Below, piece by piece: positions 48,317 through 58,173 of a DNA stretch of 58,173 nucleotides; the first letter of the stretch is position 1, and each line of letters begins with the position of its first letter. The notes beneath the pieces are model-generated. The model made no database searches, was not told where the DNA came from, and was given only the letters and a program-made list of their open reading frames with translations. The stretch is taken from assembly GCA_046710875.1 (NCBI GenBank), contig JBKEHQ010000003.1, positions 1 through 58,173 on the forward strand, read 5' to 3'. The position numbers were made by a program, and so were the translations under genes. Source of the DNA: Candidatus Thalassarchaeaceae archaeon. GTDB taxonomy: Archaea; Thermoplasmatota; Poseidoniia; Poseidoniales; Thalassarchaeaceae.

Positions 48317-51300
48317 TTATGAACAACCAGTAGTTTCACCGCAAGCATCACACTTTAGACAAGTCCCATTTCTTCTCATTTGGCTACTACCACAAGATGC
48401 ACAAATATCGCCCGTATATCCCCTTTCTCTTGCTAATCTTCGTTCTTTAACTTCAATATCTTCTAAATTTGATATCGAATCTAAAGTCATTTGCAACTCT
48501 CTCTTTTCACCTTGAGTTCGTAGAATACCAAGATCTGTAATTTCTGGTTTACTTATTGAGTATGGATCAAAATCGGCTTCTTCAACACTTACATGTGCTA
48601 AATCATCTCTCCCCGCATATTCAATAGCTAATTCCCTAAATATGTAGTCTACTAAACTCGAGGTCATCTTTACTCTTCCACTTCCTCCTTCAACCATCCC
48701 ACTAGGTTCGAATTTTTGGAAAGTAAATACTTTTACGAAAGCTTCCAATGGCACTCCATGCTGTAAACCAATAGAAACTGCAATTGCGAACTGATTCAAC
48801 ATTGCCCTCCAAGCAGCACCTTCTTTTGATGTGACGAGAATAATCTCTCCTAACTTACCATCAGGATATTCTCCAGTGATTAAGCGCACACTATGTCCAC
48901 CTATTCTTGCTTTGATATTATCGCCCTTCTTTTTGTTTGGCAATTGCCGCCTTGTTGCGATATACTCTACCATTGATTCTGCTATTGGTCTAGCAGATGC
49001 TTCAGGAACTGGTAGTACTCTGACAACATCTTCAACCATTTTTGTTACAACCAATTCTTCAACATCTTCTTCCATTGCGCTTGAGTCTACTAGTTGATTC
49101 ATCAACGGCTGAGAAAGTTTTGAACAGTCTCTATAAACCGCACATGCTTTATTCATCGTTGCATGACTCAAATTATATGCATCTCGTATCTCCTCTACAG
49201 TAGAGTCAGATGGCATATTTATTGTCTTTGATATAGCACCTGATATGAATGGCTGAGCTGCCGCCATCATCATAACATGCGCCTTCCAATCAATAGATCT
49301 TTGACCATATTTTCCACATGGTGTTGCACAATCAAACACGGCTAAGTGTTCATCCTTCAATCCAGGCGCACCCTCTATCATATTATATCCAAAAACATAA
49401 TCATTTGCTGTATCCGTTTCATTTGATGAGAATCCCATATGTGACAAAACATCAAAGAAAGGATTTTCATAATCCTCTTGTGTCATTCCCAATTTTTCAG
49501 TACAAAATGATTCTCCTAATATATTTGAAGAGAATGCAGAACGAATATCAAATACATCCGCAAAACTATCTTCAATTCTTTTAACAGTGGTGTTGTCGAA
49601 TCCCAGATTTAATAATTTTTCAGCAGAAAGATGAGGGCAGTTGTTAAGTGTTTTACTTCCGGTAATATATTGTTCAATATCACGAGTCTCTTTTTCTGAA
49701 TATCCTAACCTCTTTAATGCATTAGAAACTCCTCCATTTACAATTCTCAAAGATCCACCGCCGGCTAGAGTTTTGTATTGTACTAAAGAAAATTGAGGTT
49801 CTACGCCAGTAGTGTCAGCACCCATTACCAAACCTATTGTTCCTGTAGGTGCTATAACTGTAGTTTGTGCATTTCTATATCCATGTTCTTCACCTTCTCT
49901 TAATGCCGAATCCCAAGCACTCCTAGCTGCTTCTAATAGATCTTTAGGGCATTTCTTAGAGTCAATACTCATTGGTGTGACTGATAAGCCTTCATATTCA
50001 TTCGCATCATTTCCGTAGGCTGCTCTTCTATGATTCCTCATTACTTTAAGCATATGTTCTTTATTTCTTTCATAATCTGGATATGGGCCCAATATTGATG
50101 CTATTTCAGCACTAGTTGCATATGATTCTCCGCACATAATTGCAGTCATGGCACCACAAATTGCATACCCTCTTTCATCATCATATGGTATTCCCATATG
50201 CATCAATAAAGATCCAATATTACAATAACCAAGTCCTAATGTTCGATAATCATACGACTTTTTAGCTATTTCCGCAGAAGGAAATTGTGCCATCAAAACA
50301 CTAATTTCTAAAGTAGTAGTCCAAAGTCTTACACTATGACGAAAATCTTCAATATTGAATACCTGTGTATTCATGTCATAATATTTTAAGAGGTTTATAC
50401 TGGCAAGATTACAAGCCGTATCATCTAAAAACATATATTCAGAACATGGATTTGAACCATTTATTTTCCCTCCTTCAGGACAAGTATGCCATTCATTTAT
50501 TGTCGTATCAAACTGTACACCAGGATCAGCACACGCCCAAGCTGTATATGCTACTTTATTCCATAGTTCCCCAGCATCGAGCACTTTGCAAGGCTCAGGC
50601 AATCTATCCTCTTCTTCAGCTTTATCTAACTCTGTTCTCCAGTATAAATTCCAACTATCTTTATTTTCTACAGCATCCATAAATTCATTAGGAACTCTTA
50701 CAGAATTGTTACTATTTTGTCCCGATACAGTCATGTAAGCTTCACCCTGCCAATCAGTATCAAAAACATCAAAATCAACTCCTTTCCAACCTTGTTTTGC
50801 TAGATCTATGATTCTTTGAATGTGAGGTTGTGGAACACTATCTTTTATTGCTTTAACCATTGATTTTCTTAGTAGAGAATTGACTCCTTGGTCAAATCTA
50901 CTATTATCAATTTCATGATTCCAAATAGAATCCATTATTGAATTTGCATGTCTTTGAAGGATATTACTTCCTATCACAAGTGCAGAAACTTTCTCTTCTT
51001 CACTAGATTTCCAATCAATATATTCTTCAATATCTGGATGATCCAAATCTAATGTAACCATTTTAGCAGCCCTACGGGTAGTCCCTCCTGACTTTATTGC
51101 ACCAGCAGCCCTATCTCCAATTTTTAAGAATGATAGCAAACCCGATGATTTACCACCGCCGGATAAAGGCTCATCTTTCCCCCTTATTCTAGAGAAATTT
51201 GAGCCCGTGCCTGAGCCGTACTTGAATAACAATGCTTCACGATTCCATAATCCCATTATTGATCCAGTACCTCCAACTAATTCATCCGAGACAGATTGAA

Positions 51301-51952
51301 TAAAGCAGGCGTGTGGTTGTGGGTGTTCATATGCGTTTATTGATAGCTCTAACTCTCCTGTAGAAGGATCAATGTAATGGTGCCCTTGTGCAGGCCCCTC
51401 TATCCCATACGCCCAATGTAGGCCAGTATTGAACCATTGAGGACTGTTTGGAGCAGACCTTTGACTGGCAATTAGATAACACATTTCATCAAAATATGAT
51501 AATGCATCAGCTTCTCTAGCAAAGTATCCATACTTCCATCCCCAATATGTCCAAGTACCAGCCAAGCGTCTAAACAGGCTTCTTCCATCTATTTCTCCCC
51601 CAAATCTTTCATTTTTATCTACGGATTGAAGCTTCTCGTGATCAGGTTCACTTCTTTGAAGCCATACCGGTACTCCCTCTTCAGGTACCTTTCTGAGGTA
51701 CAAAGGTACACCGGCTTTACGTAAATATTTCTGCGCTAGTACTTTTCCTGGTACTCCTGAAAATCCAGAAGGAAGTTTTACTCCATATATTGATTCAGCC
51801 ATGGATCCATCAGGATTTCTTATTTCAACATCCATCTCAATCCAATTGAAAGACCCAAAAGGATCATTCCCACTAGCAGTAAAACGTCTTTCAATGACCA
51901 TGCCATTTTCTTCTTCTAATGATGAATTATTATTTTTTATTTTAGACTGCAT
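48317..51952 (-). CDS. nrdJ: Class II (adenosylcobalamin-dependent) ribonucleotide reductase, long form with a C-terminal Cys-rich tail
   Basis: The motifs ACFIQSV, CNLASINL, VIAPTGTIGLVMG.DTTGVEP, AISKTINMP and the C-terminal CASCGS...CLKCDACG are present. Continuous family-typical sequence argues against an intein. Confidence 0.9.
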   Translation of the reverse strand: MQSKIKNNNSSLEEENGMVIERRFTASGNDPFGSFNWIEMDVEIRNPDGSMAESIYGVKLPSGFSGVPGKVLAQKYLRKAGVPLYLRKVPEEGVPVWLQRSEPDHEKLQSVDKNERFGGEIDGRSLFRRLAGTWTYWGWKYGYFAREADALSYFDEMCYLIASQRSAPNSPQWFNTGLHWAYGIEGPAQGHHYIDPSTGELELSINAYEHPQPHACFIQSVSDELVGGTGSIMGLWNREALLFKYGSGTGSNFSRIRGKDEPLSGGGKSSGLLSFLKIGDRAAGAIKSGGTTRRAAKMVTLDLDHPDIEEYIDWKSSEEEKVSALVIGSNILQRHANSIMDSIWNHEIDNSRFDQGVNSLLRKSMVKAIKDSVPQPHIQRIIDLAKQGWKGVDFDVFDTDWQGEAYMTVSGQNSNNSVRVPNEFMDAVENKDSWNLYWRTELDKAEEEDRLPEPCKVLDAGELWNKVAYTAWACADPGVQFDTTINEWHTCPEGGKINGSNPCSEYMFLDDTACNLASINLLKYYDMNTQVFNIEDFRHSVRLWTTTLEISVLMAQFPSAEIAKKSYDYRTLGLGYCNIGSLLMHMGIPYDDERGYAICGAMTAIMCGESYATSAEIASILGPYPDYERNKEHMLKVMRNHRRAAYGNDANEYEGLSVTPMSIDSKKCPKDLLEAARSAWDSALREGEEHGYRNAQTTVIAPTGTIGLVMGADTTGVEPQFSLVQYKTLAGGGSLRIVNGGVSNALKRLGYSEKETRDIEQYITGSKTLNNCPHLSAEKLLNLGFDNTTVKRIEDSFADVFDIRSAFSSNILGESFCTEKLGMTQEDYENPFFDVLSHMGFSSNETDTANDYVFGYNMIEGAPGLKDEHLAVFDCATPCGKYGQRSIDWKAHVMMMAAAQPFISGAISKTINMPSDSTVEEIRDAYNLSHATMNKACAVYRDCSKLSQPLMNQLVDSSAMEEDVEELVVTKMVEDVVRVLPVPEASARPIAESMVEYIATRRQLPNKKKGDNIKARIGGHSVRLITGEYPDGKLGEIILVTSKEGAAWRAMLNQFAIAVSIGLQHGVPLEAFVKVFTFQKFEPSGMVEGGSGRVKMTSSLVDYIFRELAIEYAGRDDLAHVSVEEADFDPYSISKPEITDLGILRTQGEKRELQMTLDSISNLEDIEVKERRLARERGYTGDICASCGSSQMRRNGTCLKCDACGETTGCS

Positions 51953-52111
51953 TATTTACCAACTCACTAATTTTTAATAGACGATTTTTAAGGTCTCACG
52001 CATAGCGGGATTTCATCTTCTGAATGGAGGGTGTTTAATGCTTGAGGAAGAGTGATGCCAAAATAATACCATTAACTGATTTTTAATTTATTTCTAAATT
52101 TAAAATACTAG

Positions 52112-52513
52112 TTATTTATCAGAATTATTTATTACTAATTCCCACGTTAATTTTACTCCATAACCTGTTAACATTATTCCAACAGAACATAGCTTTTCAT
52201 GACTATATTCAATTATACGCATAACTAATTCCTTTGGAACTTGGCCATCAATAATATATTTCATATTAATTTTTGTGAAAACTCGCGGAGAATCCTCTGA
52301 TCTTTCTGAATCAATTTCTATATGAGCAGATTTTACATTTTTAATTCGATCCTTAAGTCCACTTATTACATCTACGAAAGAGCATGCAGCGTGAGCATGA
52401 AGCACCATTTCCATTGGACTAGGATATTCATCACCATATATTCCAAAAGATTTTCCATTTGATGTGATGCCCTCCATTGTCAAACCTTCTACCCAACGAA
52501 CCATGCCTTTCAT
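52112..52513 (-). CDS. OsmC/Ohr-family peroxiredoxin-like protein
   Basis: The 133-aa product has the two conserved Cys contexts, HAHAACSF and EKLCSV. Confidence 0.8.
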   Translation of the reverse strand: MKGMVRWVEGLTMEGITSNGKSFGIYGDEYPSPMEMVLHAHAACSFVDVISGLKDRIKNVKSAHIEIDSERSEDSPRVFTKINMKYIIDGQVPKELVMRIIEYSHEKLCSVGIMLTGYGVKLTWELVINNSDK

Positions 52514-52569
52514 ATTTACAACCTGTAAGTAACTAGGTCAAGAGGGTTGGCTTCTTGAATGACCGCTAA

Positions 52570-53817
52570 GTGGGCTATATGATGGATATGGCACAGGGAG
52601 TTAAAGTAACAATGAATGATGGGGAATTAATTGTACCCAATACGCCAATTATTCATTATATTGAGGGCGACGGAATCGGCATAGACATCACTCCAGTTAT
52701 GATCAATGTTGTAGATGCTGCAGTTAATAAGGCATATAAAAATGTAAGAAAAATTTATTGGAGTGAAGTTTTAGCAGGCCAAAAAGCATTTGATGCAACA
52801 GGTGAATGGCTCCCTAGTGATACTCTGACATCAATGAAAACAGGTCTAATTTCAATTAAAGGACCTCTTACAACTCCTGTGGGAGGAGGAATAAGAAGTC
52901 TAAATGTAGCGCTTCGCCAAAAACTCGACCTTTATGCTTGCGTACGCCCAGTTAGGTGGTACGATGGAACTCCTAGTCCCGTAAAATCGCCAGAGAATGT
53001 AAATATGATTATTTTTCGTGAAAATAGTGAAGATGTTTATGCTGGAATAGAATGGGAAGCAGGTAGTCCGGAAGTGCAGAAAGTAATAAATTTCTTACAT
53101 GATGAAATGGGAGTTACAAAAATTAGATTCCCAGATACAAGCGGGATTGGAATAAAACCAATTAGTAAAGAAGGAACTACGAGAATTGTAAGAGCGGCAA
53201 TTAATCATGCAATAAGCAATAATGAACAAAATGTGACGATAGTACACAAAGGAAATATTATGAAATTTACTGAAGGAGGATTTAGGGACTGGGGGTATCA
53301 ATTAGCAAAAGAGGAATTTGGAGCTATCGAGATCGATGGAGGGCCATGGTGCTCAATGATAAATCCTATAACAGGTACTGAAATTATCATAAAAGATGTT
53401 ATTGCAGACGCTATGTTACAACAAATTTTAACAAGACCAAAGGAATACAGTGTATTGACAACAATGAATCTAAATGGTGACTATATTTCTGATGCTCTTG
53501 CTGCTCAAGTAGGAGGAATTGGGATTGCTCCAGGTGCTAATATAAATTATGATTCTGGAATTTCAATTTTTGAGGCTACTCACGGCACTGCTCCAAAATA
53601 TGAAGGGCAAGACAAAGTAAACCCCGGCTCCTTAATCCTATCAGCAGAAATGATGCTTAGGCACATGGGATGGAGTGAAGCAGCAGATTTGATAGTGAAG
53701 GGGATGGAAGGTGCAATATCGGCCAAGACAGTAACATACGACTTTGAGAGATTAATGGATGATGCAACTTTACTGAAATGTAGTGAATTTGGCGAAGCAA
53801 TGATTTTACATATGTAA
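52570..53817 (+). CDS. icd: NADP-dependent isocitrate dehydrogenase (bacterial homodimeric type)
   Basis: Long stretches match what I recall of E. coli Icd: [45 protein letters not shown] and [13 protein letters not shown]. The start is ambiguous (GTG at 52570 or an ATG 9-18 nt downstream). Confidence 0.93.
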   Translation: MGYMMDMAQGVKVTMNDGELIVPNTPIIHYIEGDGIGIDITPVMINVVDAAVNKAYKNVRKIYWSEVLAGQKAFDATGEWLPSDTLTSMKTGLISIKGPLTTPVGGGIRSLNVALRQKLDLYACVRPVRWYDGTPSPVKSPENVNMIIFRENSEDVYAGIEWEAGSPEVQKVINFLHDEMGVTKIRFPDTSGIGIKPISKEGTTRIVRAAINHAISNNEQNVTIVHKGNIMKFTEGGFRDWGYQLAKEEFGAIEIDGGPWCSMINPITGTEIIIKDVIADAMLQQILTRPKEYSVLTTMNLNGDYISDALAAQVGGIGIAPGANINYDSGISIFEATHGTAPKYEGQDKVNPGSLILSAEMMLRHMGWSEAADLIVKGMEGAISAKTVTYDFERLMDDATLLKCSEFGEAMILHM

Positions 53818-56166
53818 TCATAACTCAGAATCATTTACTTCATGGCTGGGTTTTTGTTGTAACCAAGATGGTGCCCACCAATTCAGTGTCCCCATCAACC
53901 TCATCGTAGATGGAACAACAAGGGCCCGAACCAATGTTGCATCTACTGCAACTCCAAGGGCAAGCATAAAACCAAATTGCTTCATTAAAGAAACTGATGA
54001 AAGACCAAAGGCTGCGAATACTGTTATCATCACAAGAGCAGCAGATGTAATTATACGGCCACTTTTCTGCAAACCAATTGCAACTGCTTTTGTATTATCA
54101 TTAGTTCTTTCCCACTCCTCATGAATTCTAGATAACATCAATACTTCATAATCCATACTTAGTCCAAATAGTATGGCAAAAATCATTACTGGAGTAGTTG
54201 GGTCTATCGGTTGGGGAGTAAAATTCAATAATTCCGAACCATTTCCTTCTTGGAATACCCAAACCAATACTCCAAATGATGCAGTTACCGATAAGATATT
54301 CATTATTAGAGCTTTAAGCGGTAAAATTACTGATCTAACTTGTAAGAAAATTAGGATATAACTGGTTATCAGAATAAATGCTATAGCAATTGGGAGATTC
54401 TCTACTACTGCATCAAGCACATCCTGATTGTATGCTGCTAAACCTGCCACATAAACTTCAGCCCCTCCTCCAAATTGACTATCTTTTGACTCTAAATCTC
54501 TAATTTCGTTGACTACATTTCTTGATTTTTCACTGGCTTGATCGCCATCTATACCTACCTGAGCAACTATAATGCCATTAGTCCCAATTGAACTGCCTCT
54601 ATGAAAGCCTCTCTGTAAATCAATAATATGCTTATCTTCAGGGCTTAAATCTCCATCATTGGACGTGTCCCAAAATGTAACTACTTCATCAATAGTCATA
54701 TTTACATCAAAATGAGCATAATTATAGACATAAATAGTATTTTCTATTTCAAGAATATCAACTGAAAAGTCATATAAACCTCTCAAATTATCCTCTGAAA
54801 ATGGATTTATCTCATCATTAGTTTCAAAAACTATCTGAACTGTATTAGCAATATCTCCAGGCCACTTTTCATCAGTTATTTCCATTCCATTTCTTGCTTC
54901 ATCATCCGGACTTAATGCCTTCCATGTTGTAATCCCCCATTCTGCATTTAAGAAAGGAGATCCGGCCAGCATTAAAACTATTATTGAAGGTATTAAAACC
55001 GACAAAGGACGTTCCATAACATTATTTGCAATCCATGGCCAAAATCCGCTTTCGGACTCTGTATTTACATTAGAGAATGGTATTTTAATCGCATTCACTC
55101 TTTCACCAAGAAGAGATAATATTGCAGGCAAAAGTACAATTGATGAAGTTAGTGCTACGAAAGTTGCACAGATTCCACCCCATCCCAATGAGGGTAAACC
55201 AGTATTATCAAAGAATAACATCCCCATCAATCCTGATATTACTGTCATTCCAGAGAAAAATATCGCTCTACCAGCCGTCGCACTAGTTACTGCAATCGCA
55301 GTTCTTCTATCATGTCCACGACCCAACTCCTCTCTAAAGCGATTTACAATAAAAAGAGAATAGTCAACACTAAGGCCTATTCCAAGAAGAGATACAATAT
55401 TATTTGCATAAATTGTAATATCATCGAATATATATGTCAAGCCAGTAACAATTCCAATTGCTGCAACAACAGTGTAAATTCCAGTTAGTACAGGTAAACC
55501 AGCTGCAACTAAACTTCCAAATACAAATATTAATATGATCAAGGTCAAAGGTGCCGAAATAATTTCTGCTTGGATTAATTCTTCTTCTAATGTGAGGTCA
55601 AATGTTACGTCAATCGCTAAATTTCCTGTAACCCATTTTTCCATCCCAAGAGGGGCAGACTCAGGCAAAGCAATATGTTCTATTGTATTTTTTAATAATA
55701 TTTTTGCATTTTCTCTATCTAAGACTATATCTACCTTAACTCTAGACCAAGAGGAATCAACAGTACTAATTAATTCAGACCGATTCGCGTCATTTGTAAG
55801 CCACGGATAATGAAGAATTACAGAATTAGATTCATTAAGTATCGATAATGTTTCTTCAATTGCAGATTTTACCTCAGAATCATTTGATTGTTTATCAGGA
55901 TGGTGGAAAAGTACGTAGAAAGATTCCTGAGCGCCTTCTTCATCCGAACTAAAACCAAGAGATATTGCATTCCATCCATAAACAGATTCTAAATCTCCTT
56001 CACCATATCCTTCAACATATTTAGGTTCAAGTGTCATTAAACCAGCAAGTGCGGCACAAAGAAGCATAGTTAATGTTAATACAACTTTTGCATTATCATA
56101 TACAAATTCCCCAATTTTATAATAAAGGCGATCTTCAAGAACCGATGGGTCCGTTGCTCCTTCCAT
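53818..56166 (-). CDS. MMPL/RND-superfamily membrane transporter
   Basis: The 782-aa product has two blocks of about six TM helices, each followed by or interleaved with large loops. GLSVDYSLFIVNRFREE and GLSMDYEVLMLSRIHEE are typical MMPL motifs. Confidence 0.85.
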   Translation of the reverse strand: MEGATDPSVLEDRLYYKIGEFVYDNAKVVLTLTMLLCAALAGLMTLEPKYVEGYGEGDLESVYGWNAISLGFSSDEEGAQESFYVLFHHPDKQSNDSEVKSAIEETLSILNESNSVILHYPWLTNDANRSELISTVDSSWSRVKVDIVLDRENAKILLKNTIEHIALPESAPLGMEKWVTGNLAIDVTFDLTLEEELIQAEIISAPLTLIILIFVFGSLVAAGLPVLTGIYTVVAAIGIVTGLTYIFDDITIYANNIVSLLGIGLSVDYSLFIVNRFREELGRGHDRRTAIAVTSATAGRAIFFSGMTVISGLMGMLFFDNTGLPSLGWGGICATFVALTSSIVLLPAILSLLGERVNAIKIPFSNVNTESESGFWPWIANNVMERPLSVLIPSIIVLMLAGSPFLNAEWGITTWKALSPDDEARNGMEITDEKWPGDIANTVQIVFETNDEINPFSEDNLRGLYDFSVDILEIENTIYVYNYAHFDVNMTIDEVVTFWDTSNDGDLSPEDKHIIDLQRGFHRGSSIGTNGIIVAQVGIDGDQASEKSRNVVNEIRDLESKDSQFGGGAEVYVAGLAAYNQDVLDAVVENLPIAIAFILITSYILIFLQVRSVILPLKALIMNILSVTASFGVLVWVFQEGNGSELLNFTPQPIDPTTPVMIFAILFGLSMDYEVLMLSRIHEEWERTNDNTKAVAIGLQKSGRIITSAALVMITVFAAFGLSSVSLMKQFGFMLALGVAVDATLVRALVVPSTMRLMGTLNWWAPSWLQQKPSHEVNDSEL

Positions 56167-56323
56167 GGCCGCGCTTAATTATCCGGTATTTCAAATTTTG
56201 ATTATTTAGTCCTCCCTTAGTGTACTAAAAATTACTTAATGTTAGCATTCATACATGTTGTAATCAATATCACTATGTTATTTATGTAACCATTCTCCTT
56301 AAGTTTATACAGGGGTTAGTTTT

Positions 56324-57367
56324 TTGAATTATTTAAATCAAAATAAAAAATCTGAAGTATCTAAGTTTAGGGCAGCAGTGTATGAAAAAACGCCAAAACC
56401 TCTTTTACTCAGTAAACCTAAGATTTTGACCGCTTTGATAATATTACAAATTATATCCATAATTATTTTTCCAGTTTGGCGAACTTATCATATCACTTGG
56501 TTTTTATTAGGAATATCAATGCCAATTTCAGGTTGGCTATTTATGAGGTGGAGAATATATTCATCAGTATTCATTACTCCTCCTAGAACTATAACCAAAC
56601 TCACAGATAACCGTTGGAAAACATTTAATTTCAAAGGATGGGGTAAGGAGAATCTAAAGGCACAATTTTTAGAATCTGAAACCAAAAGCAAAGATGTTAT
56701 TTTGTATCTTCATGGATATAATTCTACACTTGGAAGAGGAGAATCTAGATGTCAACACATGAATTCAATGGGCCTAAATGTCCTAAGCCTGGATCAAAGA
56801 GGATTTGGTGAACAAAAAGGAAAATATGAATGGACTATCTTGAAAGTGGTAGCAGATATTGAACTATTATTAGAACAAACTCCTAAGATGATAGGATTCA
56901 AACCTGAGAAATTTTGGATATATGGGCATTCTATGGGTGGATTTTTGACAATTAGACTTTCTTCATTTAGTTCAAATTGGTGGGGAGACTCTCTAAAAGG
57001 TGTGATTTTAGAATCTCCAGCTACCTCTTTCCCACTTGTAATAGAACAAAAATTACCTGGCAGGGCCGTTATGGCAAATCCTTGGGTAAGACATATACTC
57101 AGAAGAGAATATCAACGCATTCATCCTGATCTTAATGTTGGATATTCCAATGCTCAGATACCATTTTGGGGAGTTCCCAAAGTTCCAATTCTTGTCATTC
57201 AGGCAGAACAAGATGAGACTTTAGGAATTGAACATTTTAATCTTTTAAAGGAACATTTCAGTGATATTGCTGAAATACATATAGTATCGGATATGCCACA
57301 CACATCAAGAGTTGACGTATTAAAAAGAAGGCAAATATTAGAGAATTGGATAAATAATCAAAAATAA
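56324..57367 (+). CDS. Membrane-anchored alpha/beta-fold hydrolase
   Basis: Two N-terminal TM helices, LYLHGYNS, the nucleophile elbow GHSMGG and a C-terminal MPHT histidine context are present. The start is a TTG. Confidence 0.75.
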   Translation: MNYLNQNKKSEVSKFRAAVYEKTPKPLLLSKPKILTALIILQIISIIIFPVWRTYHITWFLLGISMPISGWLFMRWRIYSSVFITPPRTITKLTDNRWKTFNFKGWGKENLKAQFLESETKSKDVILYLHGYNSTLGRGESRCQHMNSMGLNVLSLDQRGFGEQKGKYEWTILKVVADIELLLEQTPKMIGFKPEKFWIYGHSMGGFLTIRLSSFSSNWWGDSLKGVILESPATSFPLVIEQKLPGRAVMANPWVRHILRREYQRIHPDLNVGYSNAQIPFWGVPKVPILVIQAEQDETLGIEHFNLLKEHFSDIAEIHIVSDMPHTSRVDVLKRRQILENWINNQK

Positions 57368-57379
57368 ATTATTTAGAAA

Positions 57380-58144
57380 TTATCTAAGAACTCGCCTGTT
57401 CAATTCTTGTGCATCTCCAACTACTCCAAATCCATACTTTTCTTCTAAAGATCTAGATATTAATTTAAAATCACTATCTCTGGTAGCAATAATTACACTT
57501 CCTATCTCAGGATTGAAAGATTTTGCAATCAATGCTGCTGAACGAATAATTTCTAGATCCCCTCTTTCAGGATATATTTCCTCTCCTTCTATAATACTTC
57601 TATCTACGTAATCCTCCCTATTCATTTTTTGATTAGTTATTTCAATAAAAATATCTTTATGACTTATTAAGAATTGTTCTAACTCCATATTTTTCATTTC
57701 TTCTTTATCAAAAGTATATTCCCAATCACCAAATTCTCTACAAATTTTAGTTACCTTGTCTATAAGTAATTCTTGTGTAATGTTCTTACTCCAAATATCA
57801 GGATCAATATAAATTTTATTCGAAAATAAATTTAATACATCTTCAGGACTTTTTGTACGATTTAGGAATTCAGACATTACTACTGGAGGGATATTCATCA
57901 ACATCAAACCTTCTTTTTTCCGTCGTCTAAGCATCCAATGAAATGATCGTTCTACTGTCCAATTCAGACTTCCAAAACTATCTCCTGTAATTTCTCTTAC
58001 CAAATCGTCTTTCAATGCATCAATTAATATATTTGTATCGACTATTACGACTGGTTTCAGTGAAAGATTACGAAGCGATTTCCTATCTCTAATTGGAATA
58101 ATAGAACTATGCCCTCCAAACATTGCTTCCGACGCTCTACTCAA
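57380..58144 (-). CDS. PIN-domain protein with a large internal insertion
   Basis: The PIN acidic residues appear in order: VVIVDTNILIDAL, VVMSEFL, GDLEIIRSA and IIATRDSDF. About 90 aa are inserted between the second and third. The upstream region is cut by the window edge. Confidence 0.6.
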   Translation of the reverse strand: MSRASEAMFGGHSSIIPIRDRKSLRNLSLKPVVIVDTNILIDALKDDLVREITGDSFGSLNWTVERSFHWMLRRRKKEGLMLMNIPPVVMSEFLNRTKSPEDVLNLFSNKIYIDPDIWSKNITQELLIDKVTKICREFGDWEYTFDKEEMKNMELEQFLISHKDIFIEITNQKMNREDYVDRSIIEGEEIYPERGDLEIIRSAALIAKSFNPEIGSVIIATRDSDFKLISRSLEEKYGFGVVGDAQELNRRVLR

Positions 58145-58173
58145 TCTAATTAGCTGGATATCTGTGAATTTAT

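Noticed and set aside
48317-51952. A possible intein in the 1211-aa NrdJ, considered because of its length.
   Set aside because: The sequence reads as continuous long-form class II RNR. I saw no Cys/Ser-initiated block ending in HN followed by Cys/Ser/Thr, and no homing-endonuclease (LAGLIDADG) motif. The extra length is explained by N- and C-terminal regions known from long NrdJ forms.
51953-52111. A possible cobalamin riboswitch or other leader upstream of the B12-dependent nrdJ.
   Set aside because: The 159-nt spacer is AT-rich and too short for a typical cobalamin riboswitch. I could not find a B12-box-like GCCACTG core or a convincing multi-stem structure.
1-58173. CRISPR arrays, rRNA genes, IS elements or tandem nucleotide repeats anywhere in the window.
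   Set aside because: My read-through found no regularly spaced direct repeats, transposase-like ORFs or rRNA-like GC-rich blocks. The only clear RNA gene is tRNA-Arg.

Overview
The window looks like chromosomal DNA from an AT-rich archaeon, roughly one-third G+C by eye. Archaeal hallmark genes are present: TFB, topoisomerase VI A and B, GGGP synthase, ribosomal protein LX, prefoldin alpha and FtsY. Many bacterial-type genes sit among them: uvrA, an RluA/RluD-like pseudouridine synthase, cysQ-cysD-cysNC, icd, an MMPL exporter and a PlsC-like acyltransferase. This mosaic, together with a giant surface protein, fits a marine planktonic euryarchaeote of the Marine Group II / Poseidoniales type. 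That lineage call is inference only.

Coding density is high on both strands. Operon-internal genes use GGAGG-type Shine-Dalgarno sites and TAATG/ATGA stop-start overlaps. Some first genes look leaderless, with a TATA box about 22-23 nt upstream of the ATG. I found one tRNA-Arg(CCT). I saw no rRNA, CRISPR array, transposase or integrase.

The observations most worth follow-up are:
1. A sulfation theme. A PAPS-supply operon (cysQ-cysD-cysNC) has no reductive assimilation genes in view. Elsewhere there is a compact island of three PAPS-type sulfotransferases with a GT2 glycosyltransferase and a methyltransferase.
2. A 1724-aa membrane-anchored surface protein in which a vWA/MIDAS domain sits between propeller-like repeats, an integrin-alpha-like layout.
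3. A glycerolipid-type acyltransferase in the same archaeal window as GGGPS.
4. A cluster of ferredoxin, a degenerate GGR-like ORF and GGGPS.
5. A GC-elevated segment of about 380 nt (2249-2625) that is either an unrecognised structured RNA or a compositionally foreign small ORF.
6. Several enzyme-family members with apparently degenerate active or acceptor sites: an SdhA/NadB-like flavoprotein and a CheY-like pseudo-receiver.

All calls come from reading the translations and motifs by eye. No database searches were run.
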